DNA from: Octopus bimaculoides
Taxonomy: Eukaryota
NCBI RefSeq assembly: GCF_001194135.2
Contig: NC_069000.1
Coordinates: forward strand, 32,036,424 to 32,100,423
Direction: 5' to 3'
Length of the DNA stretch: 64,000 nt
The notes beneath the pieces are model-generated. The model was not told the DNA's origin. It did no database searches and worked only from the letters and a program-made list of their open reading frames with translations. Shown here one piece after another: positions 38,155 to 51,160 of this stretch. The translations under genes and the position numbers were made by a program. The first letter of the stretch is position 1, and each line of letters starts with the position of its first letter.

Positions 38155-38192
38155 CTGTCTGACGAACGGGAACGTGAAACTCTGAGTAACAG
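38155..38192 (+). ncRNA. Type I hammerhead ribozyme with intact core (Penelope-type)
   Basis: Stem I ctgt/acag; CTGACGA 38159-38165; stem II acg-ggaa-cgt; GAAA 38176-38179; stem III ACTC-T-GAGT; predicted cleavage after GUA at 38188. Confidence 0.7.
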
Positions 38193-38247
38193 CTTTTAGG
38201 ATGTCCTTGCAGCTTTATTAATAAAGCATATTACTCTACCCCCGATA

Positions 38248-38293
<46 letters not shown>

Positions 38294-39619
38294 AATGTGT
38301 ATCGTCAGAAACAGTCATGTATATACACATACACACACGCACACACGCTCACACACACACATGATGATATTTATAATGAATTATATAGATAACTTGGCAT
38401 GGAATAAGCTTCAGGTTTGACACTTTCTATCCAGTAGGTATTTTCATCCATTATGAATATATTATAATTCATTGCAATATTTGCTTCGAGATTCAACTTT
38501 CATAGAAAGAATTATTTCACGTTCTCGGGTTTCTAAATTCATATGTTGCCCGACATACACACCCACATATATAGGTAGATACGCATGTAGGATTATATAT
38601 GTGCACACTTATGAATAGACAAATGTATAGACTTACATATCGTTCACACACACACATACACACACACACACCGAATATTTTGTTATAAACACATTGCAAT
38701 ACAAGACAAGTTTGTACAAGACACAACGTGGCTTCCAAAACTACTTTATTTAGCGACACATACATTAAATTATATTTATATAATTGTAGACATCTGTTCC
38801 TGTGTTTCACTTGTTTGGCAACTAAATTGATCTAAGATTATATGTTGAAGCTGTAATAATTACATTGTTGTTGAGTCATAATAGCCACTTAAAACACACA
38901 CACACATATCTCTACTTTCACTTTCGTTTTCTTTCATTAAATAAATTGTATATACTATACAATGTCATAATTTTTCGGCGTCCATTTACACGATAACACG
39001 ATACAATTCCACCGTATCTGATATATGTATGAGCGAGGCAACAAATATGATTCATCAAATCACACGAAAATCACGAGTGAAAACAATGGCGCGTCGTGTG
39101 TGAGTGCACGCACATACCTGCTTGTACATGTATGCGTCTGTGATGTGATATATGTGTTTGTGTGTGTGTATCTGCATTTACGTGTGCATATATACGTGTG
39201 TGTGTGTGTTCGCACACGCGTGTTTGTGTATGAGAGTTAATTAACTATACATATATTTATCACTCAATTATGTTACTAATAACTTAAATAATATAAATGC
39301 TACATCTATAAGCAATTGTGTCTTCAATTTCGTAACATATTATTTCAGCCAATTTCTCACGGATAATACGAATGTTTTTATATAGCCCAGGCAATGGCTG
39401 GGTAATTAAGAAGCGGGCTTGCAATTGTATGTTTTTGGGTTCAGTTATATTGCGTAGTACCTCCATCAATTGCACTCTACTATAGCCCGTGTGCACAAAG
39501 ACCTTGTAAGTAAATCGGTAGTCAAAAACTGAATAGAAGCCCGCCATCTCTGTATACATACATACATACATATAATAATAATAATAATAATCCTAGGATG
39601 GAATTTTTAAACAATTACT

Positions 39620-40060
39620 GTATCACGACGCGTGTTTCCACAAATCACTTTAAGATCACAGCGCGTATTCCTGGGATGATTACATTGTAGGTCGTAGTAA
39701 CCTTTATAACTCGCTAGACATTCATACAGGCAAAAAGGGGGAAACATCACCATGTGGTGCATCCACAAATATTATATCGCTTAAGGAAATGAATCAATGA
39801 TGATGATCAACCGGATGCGCCCGGATAATACAAACTACACTGCAATCATCCCAAGAATACGGACTATGACCCTAGGAGTCATGTGATTCATGGAAACGCA
39901 CGTAGTGATGCATTATAATTTATCCTACATTATATCGGTACAACTTGACGCAACCCTGAGAAGCTGATTCACTAATCAGCATCATCAGACGGTGGCCGGC
40001 ATAGTGGAATAGGAGCATTATTTGCATATTCAAAGGGTTTCCCTTAAACAAATTTCAAAT
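39620..40060. mobile_element. Inverted partial copy (39620-39715, -) plus a + strand copy (39760-40060) of the long-stem-II hammerhead repeat
   Basis: Minus: taatcatcccaggaatacg...gtg GAAA cacgcg TC gtgat. Plus: caatcatcccaagaatacg...atg GAAA cgcacg TA gtgat. Confidence 0.6.
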
Positions 40061-40144
40061 ATATACATATACGCATATATATCTTTATTTGTGAATTATA
40101 CATATTCGTCACCAATACGGTGTTGAGCACTCATTTCATCGTTC

Positions 40145-40190
<46 letters not shown>

Positions 40191-40809
40191 NNNNNNNNNN
40201 NNNNNNNNNNNNNNNNNNNNNNNNNNNNNNNNNNNNNNNNNNNNNNNNNNNNNNNNNNNNNNNNNNNNNNNNNNNNNNNNATATATATATATATATATAT
40301 ACATATACGTGTGTGTGTGTATGGCTATGTATGTACCTGTGCGTATCTATATGTATATATATATATATATGTGCGCGTGAGTGTGTGTGTCCGTCCGTAA
40401 TTTGGTCGATTTGGTAAGAATGATAGAATAAATGCCAGAGTGTGTATTTACCTAACTCGGAGTACATATACAATATCTACTCTGTCATACATATAATATA
40501 TATTCTTCTCACAGTTTGAATAATTCGTATATATAAAAAAAAAATAAGCAAAAGCACTGCATACTCTCAATAATTAAATATTTCACCACTTTCTGCGTTT
40601 ATCTGCAATATATATGTGTGCGTACATGTGCACACACATTCACACATATACATGCACACACATGCACACGCACAATTATATGAATGAATGCTATAATTTA
40701 ATGTCTGTATGTATTCTGTTTTTATTTTGAGAAATAGCAGAAATTTTCCTTCACATCCACTTCTCCTTCACCTTCGCGTTTCTTCTACAACTAATTCTAC
40801 TCATCATCA

Positions 40810-40818
40810 TCATCATCA

Positions 40819-40879
<61 letters not shown>

Positions 40880-41965
40880 CATTATTATTATCATTATTAT
40901 TATTATTATTTGACTCGGCTTTGGTTATTACTAGTAGGATTTATGTCGATAGCGGGGCACTACCTGTAACCTTAGATATACACAAGCTTTGAATAATCTT
41001 TCAAGTGCTCAAAGCATTTCTGATAAGATTTCAAGAAGCAAACTTTCTGTAGAAGCTCTACAGCGCATTTCAGTTAAATCTCCTTCAACCATTTTTCTAT
41101 ATCGTTACTCACGGTTCCTAATGCACCAATTATTATTTGCACAACCGTTACAGTTTTCATACTTCAAATTTTCGCAATTTCAAATTCTAGGGGATTGTAT
41201 TATTTATAATATTTCATCTCCTTTCTTTACTATCCTCGAATCAAACGGACATGATGGATTCACTAGTAAGCAACTTAGCTCTTCTTTGCCTACTGTTGCT
41301 ATATCTAGCTTATTATTTTCTAACTTATGCGTTTAAATTGGAAAATTCTATAAAATCTTGCATTTCTGACTCAAGCACTCTTTCAATCTGATGATCATTC
41401 CAAATACTTCTAGCTTCAAATCCTTGTTTTTGACAAAGTTTCTAGAGCAAAACTTTCACAACTTGGTAATGCCTAGATTTCTTATAGTCTCTCTGAACCA
41501 ATATGGGATATTCTGCAACAATGTGTCATTGTTTCATTCTAAATTCCACACACTACATTTTGTTGACACCTTATGCCCATACACACATTTTATCAAGTTG
41601 TTTGTTTTTACTGTTTGATCGTGAACTACTATAGTAAGTCTCTCTGTACTTTGTTTCAATTGCCTTCTTCTCATGCAAGTCCAGGTTTTGTTCGAAATAC
41701 ATCCTCAGTGGCTTTAAAACTGAGCTTGCAATGGTTTCTTAACAATCTGTTAAAATGTTCTCTTTTAATTTCACTAGTCCTTTTCTCCTACACAACATCT
41801 GATCCCCTGTTCTTCATTCACTGCCTTTAGTAATTTCTCTCTACTATTCTGTAAACATTATAGTAGGCCTTTCTCTCCATATGTACTCACTTTTCTATAG
41901 CAATTAAATCTCTTCCACACTGGTCTTTCTCCAAGAACAACCGGTTAATATCAACTTTCGGATGG
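40810..41965 (-). mobile_element. R4/Dong-like non-LTR 3' portion with (TAA)n tail
   Basis: PKVDINRLFLEKDQCGRDLIAIE...IIIGALGTVS...VELLQKVC, 3'UTR, then (TAA)n at 40810-40910; many stops. Confidence 0.8.
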
Positions 41966-41994
41966 TGTCCGTTTCATCATTTTCACCAGTATTT

Positions 41995-42335
41995 AGTTTA
42001 TAACGTTCTAAAATTTTGGCTCAAAGCCAGCAATTTCGGGCCCCTTAGACCGACCCTAGTACTCAGCTGGTACTTATTTTATCAACCCCGAAAGGGATGA
42101 AAGGCAAAGTTCTATATTTAAGAGATGAGGAACTATGTACGTTATTTTCACTTATTTACATTATCTACGTTTGACGGATATTTGTCCTCATCTTGTTTGT
42201 TGTTAACACAAACAAGATGAGGACAAATATCCGTCAAATATAAATAATGTAAATAAGGTAAATAATGTACTTGTCGAATTTGTACTCAGAACGTAATGAC
42301 GGACGAAATGCCGCTAATCATTTGGCACGGTGAGG
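41995..42335 (-). mobile_element. SINE family A interrupted by a palindromic insertion (42111-42270)
   Basis: ctggtacttattttatcaaccccgaaagggatgaaaggcaaagt [insert] gaatttgtactcagaacgt...gacgaaatgccgcta. Confidence 0.8.
42137..42270. repeat. Foldback palindrome with a perfect 31-bp stem (42170-42200 / 42208-42238)
   Basis: tttgacggatatttgtcctcatcttgtttgt-tgttaac-acaaacaagatgaggacaaatatccgtcaaa, with imperfect outer extensions. Confidence 0.95.
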
Positions 42336-43197
42336 GAGCGAGTCTGCCTTGGCGTCATTCACTACTGTTTTCGTCTTCTATATCTGTTACAATATGGATG
42401 TAGAATTAATTTTGTTTCTCTATGTAACTGAATGAGTGCATTGTTTGTAGATAGTTTTAATGATGTTTTGTGTTAACTCGATATAAACCTTTCCCTGTTA
42501 ACAGCACATAAGCTCTGTGTATTAAGACTTTAGATATACGTTTTCCATTAAGACTGAAGTTTACCGTATTTTCACATTTACAGCGAGATTGATATGTGTT
42601 GTGAACGATTTTATTGTAGTTCGAGATGTGTGAATCTATGTTACTGAAATCCAAGCTGCTTTTTTTTCTCTTTTATTTTTCCTGATATTCTATTAAATAT
42701 TTGCTGGTATCTGTGTAAAGTGAACAAGCATATTATTTATCAGTTTCAAGAAATTCATCGGCGAGTTTAAAGATACAGTCTATATCATATTCAGTGTCAT
42801 GTTACGCAATTTTCTTGGTCTTTTTTGTTTTTATCTTTTTGCTATTAGGTATTCAATCTGGATTTCGAGCCAAATCTTGTAATGTTCTAATGGACAACTT
42901 TATTATATATGATATTATCACAATATATATACATAGTCATATATATATACATATATATATATATATNNNNNNNNNNNNNNNNNNNNNNNNNNNNNNNNNN
43001 NNNNNNNNNNNNNNNNNNNNNNNNNNNNNNNNNNNNNNNNNNNNNNNNNNNNNNNNNNNNNNNNNNNNNATATATACACATATACATATATATATATATA
43101 TATACTTATATATACATTTATATATACATATGTGTATGTGTGTGTGCGTGTGTACATATGTGCGTATATAGGATAGGTATTCATGCACATATAAATA

Positions 43198-43236
<39 letters not shown>

Positions 43237-43954
43237 ACAGGGTCGTCGCTAACCCCCTGCACCCTACCTCCACGGATGAGGTACCCCATGTCGAGATGAA
43301 AGTACGCACATAAGTCATCTATTTACTTTGGTTAAGATGCTGAACAGGAATTAAACTACGTTAACTGAACATTTCAAGAAATGAAATGCTAATACATTGT
43401 ACCTGCAAAAGTTCTTGTAAAAATTATTACGTCGTACCCCGAACGTGTACCAGAATTTGTGGATTGTCTTATGATATCAATAGAACTTACCTCTCAGCAT
43501 GATTATTCTGAATTGATCGATGATCGATGACAAGTGCGTCGTGTTTGTCTTCGAAAGTTGCCTGGATTATAAAAGTACCGTTTTATTCATATCTGGAAGT
43601 TTTACTTATTGAAATTTGTAATAGACCTGAATAAATTCATCTCGTACTTTTAAAGATGTTCTCTGGGATACCGTGAAATATTGAGCTTCAGATAGAATAA
43701 AAAATAGAATATAGGTATGAATAAAAGGTGCGTAGCTTATGAGTTTTGTTTGAAGAGGTTGGGCCTCGGAACATGCATATAATAGATATATATATATATA
43801 TATATGATATACATATATATACATATATATACACATATATATAAATATATATACACATATATACATATATATATACATACACACACATACACATACACAA
43901 AAACACACACACATACATACAGATATATATATATATTTATATATATGTATATAT

Positions 43955-43991
<37 letters not shown>

Positions 43992-46534
43992 GGTTGATAT
44001 CTGTGATTTATAAATGTTTTCTAATATTATCTATGATATTTTACAATCGAAGGGAGACGTTAGATTCGTTGCTGATATATATTGTATATATGCTGATTAT
44101 TCAGAAGCCTGAAGTATTTGGTTGTGTTTAGTTCATGTGTTAAATCTTGAAAGTATTCTTTATTTCATCATTGTTCGTATCGTACATTATATGTTGAATA
44201 CTTTGAAGAAACTAGTATGGTCGTAAGTTTGTCTAAGCTTCTTCGAAATATGAGATACCGCTAAACCGTCGCCTGTATATAGTTTTATGCTGACTTGATA
44301 GTATTCTACTTTAATCTGTGCTCTATGTATGATCAGACTACATGCGTGCGCACCCAGACATACATGCTTACCCCCCTCCACACACACAATCTCGCCCACA
44401 CTCTCTCTCTCTCTCATACACACACGCGCGCATGCTCACACACAAGTTATGTACATAGGCACAAAAGCTCAGTGGCTTAATCCAATTATCTGCTTTGTTC
44501 GTTTGACTTCCTTAACTCTTTCAAATCCATTCATTTAAACATCGTGCTTATCTTAACAGAAAATATGCCAATTCATATTATATCGATATCTTTGAAAGAG
44601 ACTTCTCAAGACATTGATTATATTTTGCTGTTCTTTACTGAAATTGTTTTTAGTTCCTTTTTATTTCTGTGGTCTTCATTCTGGTTATAATTGTTGTTAG
44701 TGACACCAATGGTGCATATTCTTACATGGGTTTTACCTCACTAGAAGTTTTAGATACTCATCTCTGTCGCACATCAACAAAATACACGTCAGTTATATAT
44801 TCTGTATGTCTGTCTCTCTGCTTTTAGTGTTGTTTAGCGCCAGGTTAACTCTTTTGGGGGAGGCCTTAGTTCAAAACCGTTGCATCACTACTTACAAGTA
44901 ATGTGGGGTTTTGTCTTAGAAGGTGACAACAAAACAATAACCAAAATATCGAACCAACGAGAAGAACATTACTGTGAGCGTTACGTCTACTAGAGACATT
45001 GGTAAGATTTCCCTCAAAATACAGCGTACATATTGTATAAACGTTGACGGAATATTCACAAACTTTCAACCAAATACTCCGAAGAGCAGAGTTAATTGGC
45101 ATCAAAACAGCATCCGCAACAATGACCAACATTACACTAGACAAGTACATAAGGATTGTTCTTGTTGTTTAGCCTGAAGACCACTTAATCGAAGAGGCTA
45201 CAATCAAGCAATTCCTGCTACGACCATGCTGCTGTTTTCTTTGGTCTAAGTATCACTACTTTAACTTATGCATCATACCATCACATAAGACTGAAGATTG
45301 CGTTACTAGAGTGAGCTGCCTGCTATTACAAGCCGATCGAAAGACCACGTAGAGGTTACTTCATTGGTTTGATAAATTGAGAATAAACATACTGCTTTTT
45401 ATTGTTAACATGCTTGTCGTATCGTTGTTGTTGTTGTTACATTTGTTTAGCCTTAGGTCGATCCGGATCGAGCAAACCTAATATATAAACATCTCCCTTC
45501 ATATCCTTCCATTCTTTTTTTTTTTTTTTGTATCAAAAGACAACATTGTCCGAGTGGGATCTCTACATATTTCAAACAATAACGTGTGCTTTGAATGAGA
45601 TTTGTTTGCTGTTTCTAGCAAACTGGTTGCCAGCGTTGCGATTTCGTTGTTCTTGTTAGTGGCAGAAGCACTGGCATAGCCATGGTTCTTACTATAACCT
45701 TCCCGTGCTACAGCATGAAATCTATTCTATTGACGTTTTGGAGTTTAGTGTTGCTAAAAAACAAAATCCTCAATAAATGTTAGTTATACGGGTGTTATTA
45801 CCAATTAAAGAACAAAATTCTCTCTCATCTTGCATTCACTTTCTCTCCCTAGTTGTTTGTTCTTTTTTTTACTTTTCATTTCAAAACCTTTACACAACTT
45901 GATGCTGTAAAGGGTTAACATTTGCAAAATTAACCAATTTCTTACAAACTTACCACCATGTTATGGCAATGTTAGGAGTAAAATTATATCACAATATTAA
46001 TCAATGTGCATTTATATGTACTCATCTTGTTACAATATAAGTAGAATCATGCCTATTGCAATAGTAAAGAGTCTGTACATACAGATAAGTGATTCACGTA
46101 CAGACCAATTCAATCAAAGTAAAACATTGTGATTATAATAGGTAAGCTGAAATACTTCGTTATGTACGTATACACAAGCGATATCCTATTAAATATATGA
46201 TGTTCTATTTAATAATAGCTAATAAAATATTTATACACTCATAAATAAGATATTGTTGCATATGAATTTAGTTACTAGAGAATCAGTTTAGACGCACAAA
46301 ATAATCGTGCTGATATATTCTGTTATATTTTATCCACGTACATATTTGTCGTTTTCCATGTACAAATTTAAGCATACGCATATATGCATGAACTATATAG
46401 ATGTATATCTCTGTAAGTATATATATGTAAGATGTTTACGCTATATTTTAACCGTATTTAACTATATGTTACTATAACACATTTTACCTAGCACGAAATA
46501 TATCTTAAACTGTCAAGCATGTATGCACATATGT

Positions 46535-46567
<33 letters not shown>

Positions 46568-46725
46568 NNNNNNNNNNNNNNNNNNNNNNNNNNNNNNNNN
46601 NNNNNNNNNNNNNNNNNNNNNNNNNNNNNNNNNNNNNNNNNNNNNNNNNNNNNNNNNNNNNNNNNNNNNNNNNNNNNNNNNNNNNNNNNNNNNNNNNNNN
46701 NNNNNNNNNNTATGCATACATATAT

Positions 46726-46762
<37 letters not shown>

Positions 46763-46793
46763 GGTAGATAGATAGATAGATAGATAGATACAT

Positions 46794-46854
<61 letters not shown>

Positions 46855-48346
46855 TGCGTATATATAAGTACACACACACACACACATGTATATGTAACAG
46901 ATATCCATTATACGCCTAGCAAATTTCGAAAATATATATGTAAAAAGCTAATTCACTACAGAACATTGTGCACCCACGTATCCATAAATATTGAAGTCCT
47001 AATTAACAAAACTAAACGATTACCTAAACATATACATTCATATTTCCCACCTCCCGTACGTCACTACCCATTTCTTCCTTGCAGTTTAGGTTTTCACCTT
47101 ATTTAACATTTAAGTTCCAGACGGTAATATAATTCAAATCACCAAACCATCATGCCTCATACTTCACATACAAAATATATGTATTCATAAAATATATGTA
47201 TGTTTTTCCTTAAGACATCTACAATTTCATAAATTAAAATATAATTTACTAACACTCTCTGGGAGCATGTAAATATTACATGCATTTTCTTACGTCTTAC
47301 CAACGAGAAAAATATGTTTCAATGTACCAGTGTAACAAAAAATAAAGAAAGCCGTTGCTTTACTGCATCACACTCAAAAGAGACTCCCTCAATATTATGT
47401 ACGGAAAATTTCATTTTAGAATTATTTTCTACGCTTGTTTTTAAATATCGAACAACCATAGAGTAAGTTCTTGTCAACTAATAAAATAAATATTGTCAAG
47501 CTAATGGGTTTTTTTTTGTTTTCTTTTTAATAAACCTTATATGCGTATTTCATGCGCCGAACGTCTCCACACGGTAGTTTCCCGTAACTATGACATTAAT
47601 TTATGTATGTCGTTATGAATGTTTTATTGAGCATGTGTTTTATTCCGCACAGAAGCACATAGTTACATCGTACGTTGGTAATGGTCAAGATCTTGCAATT
47701 GGTGCGTGACACTTGGAATACTAACGCTAATATACGTACATACATGCACATACACATACATACACACATACACACACTCATACACACACGTATATATGTA
47801 TTTTTATATACATATACATACATCTACAGACACTCACATACACACACACATATACGCACCCACATACACACACACATATATATTTATATGTGTATTCATA
47901 TACACCTCCGCCTGCAAGGAAAAGATCTTCCTCTTTAACTAGGCTACACATACACCTAAGAATACAACCGAAAAATATGTAAACCAACATTCATAGGAAT
48001 CGATTCTTATGATTGTATATAGAATATATCAAAGCTGAAACAGCATATGCAGCTTTAGGCCATCTTTGGAGCTATAAATATCAATATTTTTGAAAGTACA
48101 TCAAAAAGCATAAAATGATTACAAAGAGACACATTTTATTATTGCCTCATTTTTCTGAAATAGATTTATGTTCCGGTATAATTTATTTTTATATTAGAGA
48201 ATATGCCACGAATTTTTATGTAAAAAAAAGTAGGCTACATTTTTGTATATTTCTCTAAGTTCATGATTATTGAGCACTTTGACATATAACCTACTTAGAA
48301 GGATACCCCTAATCTCTCCTGTATATTAAAGAATAATAATATTCAT

Positions 48347-48505
48347 GAGGAGGCAAGCTGCCAGAATCCTTAACACACTGGGCGAAATGCTTAGCGGTAT
48401 TTCGCCCATCTTTACGTTCTTAATCAAAATTCAATTAATTAAGTACCAATCAACTTACCCTCTCCCTGAAACAGCTGGCCTGGTGCCAAAATTTGAAAAT
48501 ATATT
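48347..48505 (+). mobile_element. SINE family A with internal deletion
   Basis: ggcaagctgccagaatccttaacacactgggcgaaatgcttagcggtatttcgcccatctttacgttct. Confidence 0.75.
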
Positions 48506-48759
48506 TGAAGTTGATATATTGATTAAAGTTGCAATGGTGGATATACTTTGCCGTTAAACATTCTGCGCTTCGGAAGAAATGATTTAAATTTCAGTGAAAT
48601 TTGTCATAAATATACATGCATGACTCCAGAGTTGTCATGGATGCATATGATATAATCTACTTCAAACCAACTTTTAAAAAAAATTTTCCCAGATAAGAAG
48701 CTTCTGCTGGGAATTAAAAAAAAACCCACATGCACTCAATTTCCAGTGCTTAAACCTGT

Positions 48760-49095
48760 TATATGTTGAGTCACATTGCGTAGCTCTTATGGCAAGTGTC
48801 TTTAAATATAGCCTTGGGTCGACCAAGGTCCTAAGAGTTTGTTTGGTAGACGGAAACTGAAACATATATATTAGTGTATGATTTCATATTTGTGCTTCTC
48901 CATCACCACCTCTGAACAAGTGGTGTTGGTGTACTTACGTGCATATGTATCTTAGTCGTTCGGCAAGAAAGAAACCGATAGAATAAGTACCAGCTTTAAA
49001 AAATAAGTGCTGGGGTCGATTCATTCGACTAAAATTTTTCAGGGCGGTGTTCTAGCATGGCCGAAGTGTGCTGACTGAAACACATAAGAGATAAA
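48760..49095 (+). mobile_element. SINE family B, nearly full length
   Basis: ggcaagtgtc...ttggtagacggaaactga...cgatagaataagtacc...tggggtcgattcattcgact...gggcggtg...agcatggcc...gactgaaac. Confidence 0.8.
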
Positions 49096-49406
49096 AAAAA
49101 AAAAGGTAATAGATTTATGTTGTATAAGCCAGGTTTAATTTGATTAGATTGCCATCATTCTTTCCGATAACGGCAAGCATGTCGAAGTTGCTCGAGGTCG
49201 TTATCAACCTTTTCTTTGTAAAAAAATAAGTGTGTACACATCAGAAAGAGAAAAACTTTTAAGAAATACATTAGTATAATGTTAAATCGATTTATATATA
49301 TGACTTGGCATAATCACACACATACATACATACGTACGTACGTTCGTACGTACGTACGTATGTCCGAATGTACGTACATATGTATGTATGTATGTATGCA
49401 TGTATG

Positions 49407-49440
<34 letters not shown>

Positions 49441-50182
49441 TGTATGTGTGCATATGTATTGTTAAATAGCTTAATAAATACTTTTGTATGTCTGTCTGTC
49501 TGTCTGTCTGCCTGTCTGTCTGTACTTGTGTGCTTCGTATGTATATGCATGTGCGCATGTTCATTCAGATAGAAATAGAACAAGATTCATTCAGTCCATT
49601 TGTGATTTCGTCTTTGCTCCGTTTGCTCTACCAATACTGGAAGTTCATTTGTTTATTTGATTTCAGTTTTGCTTTCAATGTTTCCATTTCTTACTATTTT
49701 CTCTTTTCTCTGCCATCTCCCACATATCCACGAATAAGATTGCTCGCAGCTGGCTTGAAGAGTCAACGGTCTCTACCCTGAAATTTATATCAAGCCGGTA
49801 TTATTGACAATGCCTTGTACACATCAAAGCCGTGTTCAAACTAAAACTTCATTCGCACGGAATTGTTTATTGTTACTGCAGTTGTGTATGATTTTGTTAT
49901 TCTTCATTATGATCCAGATTAACTTTGATTAAGTATTCTCTCACCAGCAATTTCGCCATTGGTATATGTTTTTTAACTTTCTTCGTGAAATCTATATATC
50001 AGTAGTATGTAGTACTATGTTTTGAAATGTCTGTACCACTATTTTGAGCATGGTACGCTGCAGTCTGAAGGATATGTAACTGTTTTCTCAAACATGTGAG
50101 TACGTAGTACCATCATAGTTTCAATAAGTGGATTTTAAAGAAAGGTTGACCAATGAAATATAAGGAGATAAAGTATTTATAC

Positions 50183-50608
50183 GTGCAGGTATGGCTGTGT
50201 GGTAAGAATTTTCCTTCCCAATCACATGGATCCGGGTTCAGTCCCACAGGCGAATCACTTCTGCTTTATCCCCGGGCTGACCAGAGCATTGTGAATAGAT
50301 TTGGTAGACAGAAACTGAAAGAATCCGTCGTATATGTGTGTGTATATTTGTGTGACGTGTCTGTGTGAGTGTGTGTGTGACGTGTCTGATTTTGCACCGC
50401 CACCCCTATATCACTGGTGGTGGTGTGTTAACGTCTCTACGTCCCCACATCCCCACATCATAGCGGTTCGGGAAAACAGACTGATAGAATAAGTACCAGG
50501 CGTTAAAAAAATAATAAGGGAGACGATTCCTTCAAACAAAATTCTTCAAAGTGTTGCCCCATCATGGCCGCTGTCTTTTGACTGAAACAAGTTAAAGATA
50601 AAAGATAA
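50183..50608 (+). mobile_element. SINE family B, full length, diverged
   Basis: Head gcaggtatggctgtgtggtaag...ccgggttcagtccca, central microsatellite, tail gactgaaacaagttaaagataaaaga. Confidence 0.8.
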
Positions 50609-50939
50609 CTGGCTTGCTAATTTACCTATGAGACAATTTACATATTTACACCTCTCCCCCTTCTCTCTTTCCCCCTTTCTGTCTCTTCATCCATGACGAT
50701 GTCTCTTGCACTGATCACTATACCGCAACGATTGACGCTCGTTTCTTTAGTCAGAACTAGGTCAAAGATTTGGCTGCAAAATCTTTGTTAAAACTAATTA
50801 GTATAAGTGGGGTTTCTTTTTGTTCATCTTCTAATGAGAAGGAAAGAATAGTGTACAGTATATTCATAAGGTCTTGAAAGCTTATGGGATGGAGGGATAA
50901 CGGTATCCTGAAACCGGAAACCATTTCTTATTAATTTTA

Positions 50940-51160
50940 TACCTAAAGTAGACAAAGCCGGGACTTGAACCCAAAACAAAAACAACCACCCATTCGTCAT
51001 TTTAACGCCTCCGCCAATCCACCACCCTAGATTGGTATTTTATCAACCTCGAAAATATAAAAATTTACCTCGGCGAGGTTTGAACTCAAAACACAAGGTA
51101 TAGTAGTAGATAACGCTATATATCTTGTGCGACGTTCTAACGAGTCTGTCAAGTATCTGC
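50940..51160 (-). mobile_element. Diverged SINE family A-like fragments
   Basis: ggtattttatcaacctcgaaa...acctcggcgaggtttgaactca and ccgggacttgaaccc. Confidence 0.45.

Noticed and set aside
44920-45001. Exon-like segment with good acceptor and ATTG|gtaaga donor
   Set aside because: All three frames contain stops; at most a non-coding exon or pseudo-exon.
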